DNA from: Lingula anatina
Lineage: Eukaryota; Animalia; Brachiopoda
Direction: 5' to 3'
Assembly: GCA_051362555.1 (NCBI GenBank)
Contig: CM120647.1
Span: forward strand, 11,260,651 to 11,324,650
Length of the DNA stretch: 64,000 nt
The notes under the pieces were generated by a model, which saw only the letters and a list, made by a program, of their open reading frames with translations, was not told where the DNA came from and ran no database searches. Position numbers and translations under genes: made by a program. Positions 1 to 13,479 of the stretch are shown piece after piece; position 1 is the first letter of the stretch; the number at the start of each line of letters is the position of its first letter.

Positions 1-1253
1 AATTCAGTTCATGGTGAAAAGTAGGTCAAAGGTCAATTTTAATGTCACATATAGATTGCCAGTATATGACTTCCTATTCAAGTTCAATAGTAACTACGGA
101 CCTATCTCAGCCAGTTTTGGAGATAAAAGGGAAGAAAAATTTGCAAAGTTCAGTTCATGGTGAAAAGTAGGTCAAAGGTCAATTTCAAGGTCATAGTAAG
201 ATTGCCAGTATATGACTTCCTATTCAACTTCAATAGTAACTATGGACCTATCTCTGCCAATTTTGGAGATATAAGGGACTAGATGTTATAATTTTGGAGT
301 TACCATAATGTGCCTTAAATTTCGTACAGAAAAAATTAATTAAAATAAAGAAAATGTCATTTTGGTCAAAATTCTTGAAATAGGAGGTGCTCTGAAGTTT
401 CAGAAGTTCAAATTTGATGAAATAATGTCATTTTTGAACACAAGTTGTCTGCTTTGCCAAGCCTTATGTTTTATTTTTCCAGAGTTCAAAATTTATTATC
501 CATTACCGTACTGCACATTTTGCTTTTACCACCAATATGTACTTTTTGATACAGCATAACTCGAAAACCGTATGGAATACAAAAAAACCGAGACCACCTC
601 CAGTGTTGGGCTTTACATGCTCTACAAAATGCAAAAAAGAATGGGTCTCTAGCATTAACGGTTCCCGAATTAGAGACAGTTTTCAGTTTCGGTATCTTAT
701 GGTCGCTACTCCCGTGAAAATGCACCGATTGACCCCAAATTCATGGAGATGAAAGATGACCTGAAGGGTAACACTTTCCAATAATATTATTGGTTAAGTC
801 TGTGTGGTGTCTGAATAACAGGGCAAAAAAATTTTTTTTCGTAAAAAATTTCATTTTTTTGAAAATTTTGGCCCATTTGACCTTGAAGTAGAGGTCAAAG
901 GTCAAATCCAAGGGTATATTTGAAATCTACACATATGACTTTTGGAAAGCTGTCTATAGAAATTTTTCCCATAACTCCTTCCGTAGGGTAGATAATTAGC
1001 ATTTAATTTTGCCATTTTTAGACAAGGGTGCATTGCAATGAGTGCCACACCCAGACCCCAATACCGACAAAGCCCAAATTTTACGTGGAACGAGTTGAGA
1101 TTATAGGTGACCTAAATCCATGAGATGGGTACGGGGGCCCTTACCGTCTAGGAGGAGAAGCGGTAACGGTAGCCATCCGGCGGAGCCGGCGGAACGATCC
1201 GGACGGGACCGAAACCATGTGTACCGCCAGCGCTAACGCTGGTGGTACAATAA
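1..1253 (-). mobile_element. Helentron/HINE-like non-autonomous element, copy 1 (truncated by window start), with end of 146-bp satellite array
   Basis: Near-identical to ~60330-61582. Homology ends abruptly at ...GTACCGCCAGCGCTAACGCTGGTGGTACAATAA (subterminal IR plus partial inverted repeat). Satellite units occupy 1-~280. Confidence 0.8.
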
Positions 1254-4077
1254 GCAGAAAGGCAGTCACAAAGAATTAATAGAAAAACATGACTCTTCCT
1301 CAATCTTTTCAATAAGTATGCTAATCTAGAGAAGTAATGGGCAGAAAGGCAGTCACAAAGACAAGGGCAATCTGCAGGTTTTCAATCACAGTGCATGAGC
1401 AAGCATTCATGTCAACTCCCATAAACCGAAACCGACAACCGCAATCTACAGAACCAAGCTTATTACAGTTCTCATAAACTAAAATCAATATCCTGATCAG
1501 CGAGCTATGATGAATCAAAGACCGAACTTCCTGGAAAACCTTTCAAGGAATATATGGGCAAATCAGATAGAATCACAATTAACGTTGTACAAGTCTATAT
1601 GCAGCAGAGCAGAAATCCACCAAGCAGATATTGTGGCAAACTGAAGAAGGTCAACTTGCCAGCTGGTACCATAAAAGCTGCTCTCAATTATACTATACTA
1701 TTGATTACTGATATTGTATATTTTTAGATGTGTGACATCTAAGCTGAATAAACCTTTATTTATCTATTTATCTATCTGTAGTGAAAGGGTTTATTCTAAC
1801 ATATAGCTGCTGATAGTAAAACTTGTATTTGCTGGTGTATTTCAAATTCATTTTAACTATGATTCAGGCCAAAACCAAAGCTATTAAAATACATAAATGT
1901 TTCACGAGTCCACTGAAATTACGGAGTATAGGATCATATAAAATTACTGGATACCATGTAACAAGTTAAGCTGTCATATCTTGACAACTGGCATGTGGTT
2001 TTATTCCATTCCTATTGGTACACTGACACCATTCAGTGTATATAATCTGTAAATGTGTATGTAGATACACTGATAGTGTATACAAGTAATATATAGTGTG
2101 ACACAGCTGCTGTATACTCAGCTATACGTATATATATATACTATATATACCCGGTATCATGTAGCCAGACTTAACAGGGTCCACCAGGTCAAATAAGATT
2201 AATTATATCTGGTTCCAGCAAGTCAATGACCTCCAGTTAATGTAATATTGTATGTCTGGTCAAGAAAATTAGAAACACTAAATCTGATATACAAGATCTT
2301 CTGTTGAAAACATCTCAGCTGAATGAAAATCAAAATATAATCTATCACTTAAGATTTTCACAAAAAAAGAATGGAAAGATTTCTCATACAGTACATTTAA
2401 ATATTATATGTTCACATTCTGTTTTAAAAGATTTTGTCACATGCTATTTAATAGTGCTCAGATAAATTAATTAACTGTATCTGGTTTAAAATTTAGATGG
2501 ATTAAACCTCTGTCTGCCAATTCACAATTAACCTCTTTAAGAGAAAATTCTGTTATTTGTTATCATATAGAAATTGCCATTAATCGTGTTTCCAAATCTG
2601 AAGAGTGTTTTAGGTTAATCTCTTCATACAATTAATTTGCATAGTGTCATTTCTCATGTTTGGTTTGTGTTTTTACTCTCTTTTTTATCAACTAAGTTAA
2701 TTATTAATTTATCAACTTATGTATTTTTGAATGCTGCTGTTACAAAACGGTGCCTGTCACACCCAGTACCTGCACTCCAGTATTTCTATTTCTGACTGTT
2801 CTACCAATGCAGTAGCTATACACCCCAGTATTTCTAAACATAAAATAATCCAACACTGCCCAATGCCCTAGGTGAAGCCCTATATTAATTAATTCCTGTC
2901 TTGAATCAATCCAGGCCTGGGCATTCTTGGAAACCAGGGCAGTAAAATGTAACAATCTGTTTCCTGAACTTGAAGCAGACATGTCAACATGCTGATTTAG
3001 TCTCCACTTTCAGAGCCATAAATGTTATTATGTTGCTCCACAGAGAGCAGATGGCATTATCTTTCTGCTTTAGGAGTCATCAAATAGGCGCAGAATTCAT
3101 CTTCCTAGAAATCAAAGCTGCTATATTTCCCATTGGTGAGATAGCCAATGGAAGAGATTCAAGTTGATAATGTACAGATTGTGAAAATAAAAAAAATTGC
3201 CAAGACCAGGTAAAATGTCATCCAAGAAAAAGAAATAATGGGGATAGTGATTGTTAATGTGTAAGTTGCAAAAAAAAAAAAAAAAAAAAAAAACTCTTCC
3301 AGGCTCAGGGAACATATATTAGGACCACTTGGGCTCTGCCAATATTATATTTTGTATTTTTCTTAAAAGTAGTCCTACTATATCACTATTTAATATAATT
3401 CATACTTATTTATAATTGCATTCCTATTGTACATTTTCATATACCCATGTAGATGCATACGATATACAATGAATAAAGCATATATTAGGAGAAGAAATAC
3501 AATTTTTTCTGTACAGGATGCTAAGAAAAAGTTTCCATAAAATAACTTAATAAATCAAGTACTTCTGAAAAAAAAAGGGCATTTTAAAAGAAGAGTTACA
3601 TACTAGTATCCACCCCCACCCTCCTATCATAATTAATGTGCCTTTTCCAGACACTGCACTGGTGGGGAGGAATAGAGTGGAGTTCTCAATTAATAATAAT
3701 AATAATATAATAATATATTTATTTCGAGTCTAAAATCCATAAAATGTTCAATAGACTGTACAACATAAAATACAAAGAAGTTTATAAATAAGAAGTTAAG
3801 ATATATATTATATAAATCAGAACTAGACTAAATTGTAATAAACAGTAATAAAAGTAAAAAAATCCAAGGTTTCTTTAATGTAAAATTAAAAATTCATGAA
3901 TAAAATGTCTTAAAAATGCGATTCTATTTGTCTAATAAAAATTGGCAACTTAATTATTCCACTCTACTGGTGCAGCTACACAAAATGATATGTCACCATA
4001 TGTTTTTAACTTTGATTTGGGAACTTTCAATTATGACCACAGTCTGAAAATTCGGGGAACATTCTGATCCAACTCAC

Positions 4078-4266
4078 CTGGTCCTCAGCAAACAGTTCAT
4101 TCTTATTCTTCCCATCATGTTGATATACTTCATCCTGGTGTGGAGGGTGCTGGCTCTCCAGCTGCTGTTCTTTGCTCAGTCCAAAGCGCCCCCAGTCAGG
4201 TAACCTCTCCTGCTTACCACTGGATGACACCAAGTTCGTACTCTCTGAATCTGAGGTATCTGCCAT
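4078..4266 (-). CDS. Probable first coding exon of an unidentified gene continuing beyond window start (MADTSDSESTNLVSSSG...ELFAEDQ)
   Basis: Minus-strand acceptor CTACTTGTAG| before 4280, ATG at 4266 and strong donor CAG|GTGAGT at 4078 (63 codons, phase 0). No family recognised. Confidence 0.55.
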
Positions 4267-6358
4267 CTTGGAAATGTTGCCTACAAGTAGAGGTCATTGT
4301 ACTTGTTCATTTTGTTGAGTTCAACTTTTAATACTGACATATGCATGGCATTTAACTACTGTTTGTAACAATGCAGCCAAAATAAACAACTTTTGTTGTT
4401 TTTTTACTGTCTGTTCTTTAAGGGCAAACAAATACTTCATTAAATTGTTAACTTTTTCTATACTGAGTGCACGAAATCCACCGACAACATGCACAGCAAA
4501 GTTCCAACATTTCCATTCTCAGGATAGTGATTCTTGAGTTATAATAAATACAACAGTATCAGTGTGCATATGGTACTGTACTCCCACACATTTTTGGAAA
4601 ACTCTGCATTGTAATTTCAAACAATAATAATGATGTAGCAATCCTTAACATAGCAGCGCCTATATATTGTGTTAATGCATTCTTATTTCCCCAGTCTTAT
4701 AGCCAGCAACTGAGTCTTTTTTCCCCAAAGTCTTTATATTGTGGCACATTTCCAATTCAAAAATAACAAATGTATAACATTTTTGTCTCTAAATCCTTTA
4801 CATTGTGGTACACTTGCAATGCTAAATTACCTTCAAATATATCACTCCTACACTTGGCTCCTTCTGTCTAAGCCTTAAAACACTGCGGCATTTTCATGAT
4901 GAATCCATAATAACCGTTCATCAGAAAGCAATTGTCAGCATCAGTGGCAATATCATTAAATACCCATTAAAGTTCAATCTCCATTTACCACTCATCTGTC
5001 TTCTTGCTCTGAGTGAAGTAAGTGGCAAAGCAGCTAGTCTTTTAATAGAAGTGCAACAAGCTAGCTGCCTACACAACTTCATTATGTGACAGTGACTATA
5101 TCTGGTTGCCTTGACAACCACTGTGTACATATACTGCAAATGTATCTGGCTCTGCAGGAAGAAGAATACTAATTCTTCTGCAAACAGGAACTGTTTCAAC
5201 AACAGTGGGCAGAAAATAAATGCTATATTCTTTCTAAAATTGGATAATACTTACACCTGCTTTATACATGCATGTTCGAAGTGGGGATGATGAAAATTGA
5301 AAGGTTGCTCATAATATATTAATTGTGTATTTGCTAAATAATTTCTATTCACTTTCAATGTACATGCTCTGAGTTTGAGAGAAAGAGAGTTATCTTGAGG
5401 TGTTACATGTATATGGTGGATTGCAATTAAGCAGACTTTCCAATACTTCACCAGTACTAAGATATGTATACATATAGTAGACATCTCATGCGTAACTTCT
5501 GATGACCTCTCACCGTGTGACCACATGTAAGAAAGACCACATATATTATTAATACTGCCTATCATTGTGCATGCATCATTTTGTTACCTATTTAATTAGA
5601 ACTTACAATATTTCACACCCGCTGAACCCATCAAGACAGTTTTTATACTTCTACAGGTAAATGCATAATTTCTGCCAGGCAAACTGTGACAGCAAATTAA
5701 TGCATCAACATAGCTAGGAAAAAAAGCATACCAGCATAATAATTTGAGAGATTCTTTTTTTCCACAACACATGGTGATATAATTGAGAAGATTGTATCCC
5801 TGTGTATATATCCCTAGATATCAGGGCAACAACTTGTAGCTGTTAACTGAGCATTAACTGTATCCATTCCATGCATTTTATAACATAAATCATAATTCTG
5901 AATTTATTGACTTCAGATATGACTATTTCTTTTCACTTAAATTATAATTGTAATGACAACATTAATTGATACCAATACCTTGATGGCAGACCATTAGGAG
6001 CAAATACCACAATTTTTTCACTCATATAACAAACAAAATGACAACAGTGACCTAATTTGTCTTCAACAACAGATGGAAGATTGCCATTTTGTATTATTGT
6101 GTGTGTTTTTTCAATCTTTTTGATGTGATTTCAAAAGCAAAACTTACAAACATGTACAAATTAAGCTGAATGATAACTTGAGTGGTGTGTTAATATGGTA
6201 AAAGTGTCAAAAAGGTTAAAAGTTCGCAATTTAAAGATGTAGCAAGAGTTCAAACCTGTGCAGTATGAAACCTCAAAGAGTTGGTATTGTGAAAATATGA
6301 CAGCTAATGATTTATAATCAAAGATGGAGTCAATCTTTTGAAAACACCTGGGGGTAAA

Positions 6359-6361
<3 letters not shown>

Positions 6362-6400
<39 letters not shown>
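6362..6400. repeat. (GA)n microsatellite (another at ~6807-6861)
   Basis: Seen directly. Confidence 0.95.
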
Positions 6401-6406
<6 letters not shown>

Positions 6407-6811
6407 AGGCTGAGGGAATTGTCCATGACCACACAATAATAATAATCTCTTACTTTAAACTCAAGATGAACATCTTAGAGATGTCAACAGCTGCCAAATG
6501 ACTGCCTTATCCAGGGTGTAAGTAACAAAAAAACATAAACCCAAGAGAATGATATATGCCATATATCACTAGTGGTTAGTAGCTACCAGAACCATTGATT
6601 TTTATTAAACCCCCACAGTACGTGACTCTGTATCATAACATGTTACCTGGTGCACAAGGTCATGCAGTAAGACTTGGAGAAAATACTCATACAATTTTTA
6701 TTGTGCCTGATATGTATCTGTACGATTTATTCTGCACATTAGGTTTTGCTTTGTCATATGTAAAGGAAGAATGCATGCGTGGATGCAGGCATACATACAA
6801 CATGCACAGAG

Positions 6812-6862
<51 letters not shown>

Positions 6863-7556
6863 AATAAGTAAGCCACACACAAACCAACCTTCACATCATT
6901 ATGACAGGAACCATTAATCTTCTTCTGAAGCATGAAAGCCTAAAAACTTCTCATATCACAATAACCCCAGCATTATAAACTAAAAAGCAATTCTCACACA
7001 AGCTCACTATGGGAAAATAGTCTCTTTTCCAATTACCGTACCCCATGGGAAATAAAGCAGTGTATGATACAACCATTGCACACCATTCAATCCTGTGTAT
7101 AGATGGCTAAAGCTCCCCAGGTGCCTTCATTACCTGTTTCCACTGGGACATACTGCAGTAGAAACTGTTTACCAGATAGTTACAATAATGATTACTTTTA
7201 AGTCCATATAAACAGGTGATTATACTAATGATTCATTGCAGGCTCAGTAATGCTCTTTGTTACACTGGTTTGATAGAATTTTTATTTCTCAAAAGTTGTA
7301 AATGAGAGTTAAATGAAATTTTGTTTTATTCTACACTGTACTACAAATGGTCTTGTATTCAACATTAACACATGTTCCATGATGGTGCTGCCATGCAGTC
7401 TTATTTTTATTTCCTTCCTTTCTTTTCTTATTTTCTTTTTCCTATTGGATACAGGCCACTGGCAACTATTTTATCTTTACATATATATTTAAAACAAATG
7501 TCTATTGGATTTTACCTTCATTAAAAAACAATATACTGGTTGGCCTACAACACTAA

Positions 7557-7754
7557 GGGCTCATTCCCAATGTAACTATCGGTCTATGTAGATGGATCCA
7601 ATTCAGCAGGGATTTTCACTGAACGCAGTCAGTTTAACATCCTGGCATTGGAAACAAGATTACCGTTAGTCTGTTTAATTGATTGCATTCAGCCAGAGTC
7701 CCAGGGAGTTCAATTGATCTACAAAGACCGATAACTTCCAATGGGAATGGGCCC
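7557..7754. mobile_element. Palindromic MITE, GGGCCCATTCCCA-type termini (PIF/Harbinger-like)
   Basis: GGGCTCATTCCCAATG...ATGGGAATGGGCCC inverted termini. Related to 23683-23940. Confidence 0.65.
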
Positions 7755-8178
7755 TCAGGCCTCCATAGTGCCTGAAGCTTACAAGAATATTATCAATGTT
7801 CTGTGTCTATGGGGACTCTTAACTTGTGTCTACAGGGACTCTTAACCATCTCATGTTGCTGGGTATTAACAGTGATGACATCAGGTGTCCTTTTGAAACT
7901 AGAATGAATGCCTGCATGGATACAGTCATCATTCTATCTTTTTAATGGGGAAAATTATCAATCTTTCAGGTTTATAATTTGGAATTATTAAAAATAAATT
8001 TCTGTAAGCATTTATGGTGTTTTATTGTTTAGAATAGAACAATAGGGCAGCTAATTTTTATATTTTGGAGTTACATCTCAATAGAAATGCTCTAACTTTA
8101 CTAATTTATGACTGAAAAATACAACCTATTTGTAAAATTTTAAAAGGTCTGTTTAAACAAAGACAATCAACAAAGACT

Positions 8179-8420
8179 GGGTTTCCATGCCTAGATTGAT
8201 CCATCTGGATCGGTCTAATTCTCTGGGGAGTTTCACTAAATTGCTATCAATTCAACTGGCTTAAATGTCTGTCACGCCTACCAAATCAGCTAGGTTAAAG
8301 ATAATTACCCCCTAAAAAATTTACTAGGCGTGACAGACACTTATGCTGGTTAAGTTGATAGCAATATAGTGAGACACTCCAGGGAGATAGATTGATCCAA
8401 ATATCTGTGGGAATGGTCCC
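8179..8420. mobile_element. Palindromic MITE, same family as 46465-46713
   Basis: Long imperfect inverted arms (TGTCTGTCACGCCTA / TAGGCGTGACAGACA) around a TAATTACCCCC core. Aligns over its length with 46465-46713. Confidence 0.75.
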
Positions 8421-8793
8421 TAAAATATATAAATAAATAAACTCTTAACAATTTTCCAAAGTCTTATCTTAAAAATATCCTAGTGATTTGCGTTCTCCAA
8501 CACATCTATTTTGTAATCTTAACCTTATTTTAATCTATGAAAATAGAAAGTTAAAAAATTACACCAGTGACTTGGCACAGAAAAATAACATCAGATACTA
8601 GTACAGTGGCATACCTGCAGTCATAGATCTAAATGTTCACTTTTCATGGGAGAATCAAGGGAAGATGTGGCTCACCAGGCAAGCATACTGAGACTGCACC
8701 CCTGTCCATCAAATAACTGACATATTTTTTACATCTGTAACATATTAGAAAACATGAAATGGCACCACTTAAAGTGCCACCATGGATGTGTGT

Positions 8794-9553
8794 TCTGCTG
8801 GTAGATGTCCCACCCTAGAGATGCTGAAGACACCTGCTGGTAGATGTCCCAACCTACAGACACTAGGGACACCTGCTGGCAGCTATTCCATCCTAAAGAC
8901 ACCTGCTGGTAGATTTCCCACCTTAGAGATGCTGAAGATACCTGCTGGTAGCTGTCCCACCCTAGAGATGCTGGAGTCACCTGCTGGTAGATGTCCCACC
9001 CTAGAGACACTGGAGACACCTGCTGGTAGCTATCCCACCCTAGAGACACTGGAGACACCTGCTGGTAGCTGTCCCACCCTAGAGACGCTGGAGTCACCTG
9101 CTGGTAGATGTCCCACCCTACAGACACTGGGTACACCTGCTGGCAGCTATCCCATCCTAAAGACACCTGCTGTTAGATGTCCCACCCTACAGACACTGGG
9201 TACACCTGCTGGCAGCTATCCCATCCTAAAGACACCTGCTGGTAGCTGTCCCACCCTAGAGACACTGTAGACACCTGCTGGTAGCTGTCCCATCCTAGAG
9301 ACGCTGGAGACACCTGTTGGAGCTGGCCCACCCTAGAGACACTGGAGACACCTGCTGGTACCTGTCCCACCCTAGAGACACTGAAGATAACTGGCACTGC
9401 TGGTAGCTGTCCCACCCTAGAGACACTGGAGATATCTGCTTGTAACTGTCCCACCCTACAGACACTGGAGACATCTGCTGGTAGCTGTCCCACCCTAGAG
9501 ACACTGGAGACACCTGCTGGTACCTGTCCCGCCCTAGAGATGCTGAAGACACC
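8794..9553. repeat. Minisatellite, 39-bp unit CACCTGCTGGTAGCTGTCCCACCCTAGAGACACTGGAGA with 30-bp variants
   Basis: About 20 tandem units by eye. Explains the repetitive ORFs on both strands. Confidence 0.9.
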
Positions 9554-10709
9554 TTTTCTAAACCTACACTGGTAGCGAACAATTTCAAGGGAGGGGTCTT
9601 TTTTCTTAGAAAGTGGTACTTTTAACAATTATGATATATTATATTATTCTATATTATATGTCCATACAACTTAAATCAAATTCTGATTCAGAGCTCATGT
9701 TGTACATTTACCTAGTAAAAAAAAAAGGTACGCCATTCTTTCTAACCCCCAGTATGGTGATTCCTCCCCCCTGCCAATGACCCTAGCTGGCATCTTTCAA
9801 TGTATTCCAGTGAACTCACCTTGCATAAGTCTCAGTCAGCATCTGTTCCTTCCTATTGCAGACATTGATTCTGGCAGAGCTGGCTACTGAAGGCAATGTT
9901 CCCTGGAGACTGGGGCTCCATCAGGATGAGATCAATTACTGTCAGTTCCAATATCTCTTCAACTTATATCAATTACAGTCAAGACCTGTATCTTTTCAGC
10001 TGAGCAATGGTACAGCTTTTGCACCATGCAGCCACAACCAGGTTTATAATTTTGACTTGGCTTAAGTCCCCAGTGCACAACTGCAGTCCCAGGAAAAAAA
10101 GTTTTCAAAGTGAGGCACAGAATCCACAGGGCAATTTAGAACTGTATTTCACAAATAAAAACAAGAATGGTGGAACAACTCATTGAAATTTCCAGAATGG
10201 CAGTCAAATTCAAGATGGCTGCTTGCAGGTTCAAATGAAGTATCAGTTGAAGTTAGCACTTAACTCAGCTAACACAGACCCTAATCAGTTTCTCTGCCCT
10301 AAAAAAAAGAATAAAAGTAAATCAATATTGAGCAATATCAATGGATTGGCTGAAAGGCCTTGGTGCTTCTTATAATTGCTTTTAAAGCTTAAAAGAAGGT
10401 TAAATAGAATAACACAAAATACAAAATATCTCATTGCAGAATTATACATTGTCACCATATGGCAGACAGACCCTTTAACTCAAGTACTAGCTAGTATATC
10501 ACTTAAAATTAATTGCCAATAAACTCAATATGACTTACATGATCAATAAATTCAGTATCATACCAAACAGAACAATTTATAAACTATAAACCTCGCCAAT
10601 AATTACTCAACACCTTGTCAAACAGATCATACTCCTAATATATGACATGCAAACCAATAAATCCAGTATCATTCTGGCATCACTGTGAAAAGAACACGCC
10701 TTTAACTTT

Positions 10710-11126
10710 GGGCCTATTTATGATGAATTCATTGACCTAGCTACTGCGCACTGACTCCACTGAATGCATTATTTACAGACTAACACGCCTCCTCCTGGCA
10801 TTAATTAGAATACAGAAAAGTTCATGATTGTTAACAGACTAACACGCCTCCTCCTGGCATTAATTAGAATACAGAAAAGTTCATGATTATTAACAGACTA
10901 ACACGCCTCCTCCTGGCATTAATTAGAATACAGAAAAGTTCGTGATTATTAACAGACTAACACGCCTCCTCCTGGCATTAATTACAATACAGAAACCTCG
11001 TGGTAATTTGAGTACAAAGGTAACCAGAGGAGGCGTGTCAGTCTGTTAATCTGCAAGCATTCAGCATGAGTCCCGTTGGAGTATGTGCAGAGTATCTAGG
11101 CTGATACATTCAGTGGGAATGGGCCC
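10710..11126. mobile_element. Palindromic MITE with internally amplified 59-bp tandem repeat (about 4 copies, ~10775-10995)
   Basis: GGGCCTATT...GGGAATGGGCCC termini. ACAGACTAACACGCCTCCTCCTGGCATTAATT is repeated in tandem, and its inverted counterpart GAGGAGGCGTGTCAGTCTGT is at ~11027-11046. Confidence 0.75.
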
Positions 11127-11677
11127 TTACATCCATGAACTCAAATGTCATCAGACAGCTTGCATCAATGTATTCTTGGAGGATGGACCAGCATACATTG
11201 GAATGTGTGTAGCAAATGTGTGAATATCATCAATATTTACAACAGTATGAGTAATCCTGCCTCCTCCAGCTGTTGTCTCTGAGTGACATTAAATATGAAT
11301 GAAGTTCTTCATATCTATGTAACCTTAATTATGCAATAAAAAGTAGTTCAACTGCCAAGCAAATGGCTGTCATCGTCATCACGAACTGACTCTTAAAAGT
11401 GAAAGCTAAAAAGTAAACACTTATCTCTCAATTTTTCTTACAGTTAAACATATTTAATATAAATGCAAAAAACAATAATAACAATAATAATAACTAGCCA
11501 GTGTGAGTCATGTGACTCAAAAAACAACACATTTTTATCTGAAAAATAAAAAGCTCAGCCTCCTTATCTTTCCCACATACTCATATAATCATGAGCCTTT
11601 TTGTAGTGGTACATTTCTTTATGGTTATTTTTCTCTGATAAGACAACTGGGATCCAGTGTACAACATGACATACACT

Positions 11678-11934
11678 GGGTTCCCATTCCAAGATCAATC
11701 TAACAGGATCGATCCATTTCTTAGGGGTTTCTTGCTAAATTGCTTTCAGCTTAAGTGGCTTAGATGTCTGACATGCCTCCTGAAGCTGCTAAATGATAAT
11801 TAATTACCCCCTAGCAGTTTCAGTAGGCATGACAGACATATAAGCCGCTTAAGTTGATTGCAATTCAGTGAGAATCCCCTTGCCTGGAGATAGATTGATC
11901 TACAGTTAGTAGGATAGGATCTGGGAAAGGTCCC
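11678..11934. mobile_element. Palindromic MITE (GGG..CATTCCCA family)
   Basis: Inverted arms, TAATTACCCCC core and GGGAAAGGTCCC end. The reverse-orientation relative is at 16032-16292. Confidence 0.7.
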
Positions 11935-12892
11935 TCAGTTTGTGCCCAGGTTGGACAGGCCACATCCTGGTATGTCAGTCACAGCAAGGACAAAACAACT
12001 AGGTCACAATTATAAAAATCTTATCTGTGGTTCACTGTCCTCACACAGTACAAGCCACATTGATAACTAACATACAGTAAACCATTTCAAATATTTCCCT
12101 TTTATTAATTCAGATCCTGATGAAAACATGCAGCCTTTATGTGTTCAGGGCTGCTATTGTCTTGCAGCAGCTGAATTTCACTGGAAAATGTCAAGTACAC
12201 GAGTGAATGCTAATTAAATTGCCTAAAATAAGTTTCAAGTTTTTAAAATTATTCTAGCTAATAAATTTGGAAAGTTAAAATACAAAAATGGCTACCTAGA
12301 CAATATATATATGCTGCGACACTGTTGGCCTCTGACACTGGAACAACAGAAAAATGAAAACAAAAACAAAATCAAACGAATAAAAAAAGAAAAATATATA
12401 TCAGACACCATATCAGACACCATAAACAGCCTTTAACCAACATTTCTACAAGCTAACAGCAAATATCAAATATTCATTACTGTGGTTGGCTTATACCAGT
12501 GAGCCATATATAAATAGACTTATGGAGTCTGACTGAATGAATACAAATTTAATATGAAAAATACTCATACATATATATGCAAGTAGGCAATACTTTGTAC
12601 ACAAAAAAGGAACAAATGTATAATAATAAGTAAACAAATAAAAAATATCTTAACTTACTACTAGTACACAGAGGTCGAAATTGTCACCCATATTTACTTT
12701 TTTTTTCCATTTTTTGTCAGTCAACTAAACCTTACAAAAACAAATCTGACTCCAGAGAATATATTATCATCTCCCAAATGTAAAAAAAGGGTTATTTTTA
12801 TAAAAAATATCTATGCAGCTACTGAAAAAACAAGGCATCTGTCTTTATGCTCTGGATGCCCAAAATATTTCTGAAAGTCATCACAGTTCTGT

Positions 12893-12927
<35 letters not shown>

Positions 12928-13254
12928 TTGGGGGTAAAAACATGGTAAATTAAAAATGTATCTTCCCCATGGTTAAAAAGTTCTTCATAATTTGATGCAA
13001 CCAGTTGTCAACTTGTCTCTGCAAATATCAACATGAACAAGAGAGAGCAGTAAACAGTGGAAGAAAAGCCACTGACGGAATGGCGCTATCTGGAAACTAT
13101 CAAACACACTTAAATACGATTGACTAAAAAGAATTTATCAATAGCTGAGATTGCCTGGCAAACTAATTAGGACCCATCAAATTCAGGGAAACTTCTTTGT
13201 TTTGGAATAAAAATGTGTTTAAGGGTTAAAAAAACATTGTATTTATTAGTTTTA

Positions 13255-13479
13255 GGGTGCATTCCCAGAGATTTAGATCGATCCAGAGATTTAGATTAAG
13301 ATTGACCTAACTCCCTGGGGGTTCGCGCAAAATTGCAGTCAGCCGAGCGCGCACCATAGTTAATTACCCCCTTGCACCTTTTAGTAGGCGGGACAGACCC
13401 TTAAACCGGCTAAGCTGACAGTAATCTAGTGAGACTCCCCACAGGGATAAATTGATCTAAAATCTATGGGAATGGGGTC
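13255..13479. mobile_element. Palindromic MITE (same superfamily); reverse partial copy at ~14647-14845
   Basis: GGGTGCATTCCCAGAGATTTAGATCGA...ATCTATGGGAATGGGGTC. 14647-14845 matches its reverse complement. Confidence 0.7.

Noticed and set aside
362-752. Identical short ORFs at 362-752 and 60689-61079 suggesting a duplicated gene
   Set aside because: They lie inside the two HINE copies and have no protein motifs or splice structure.
1-1253. Possible misassembly or segmental duplication with 60330-61582
   Set aside because: Similarity stops exactly at the element terminus, and the copies differ by SNPs and indels.
4740-5210. GC-richer stretch possibly a decayed transposon ORF
   Set aside because: No diagnostic motif could be recovered by manual translation.
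8729-9628. Four repetitive ORFs of 97-162 aa
   Set aside because: They are by-products of a minisatellite with unit length divisible by 3. No convincing splice sites were found.
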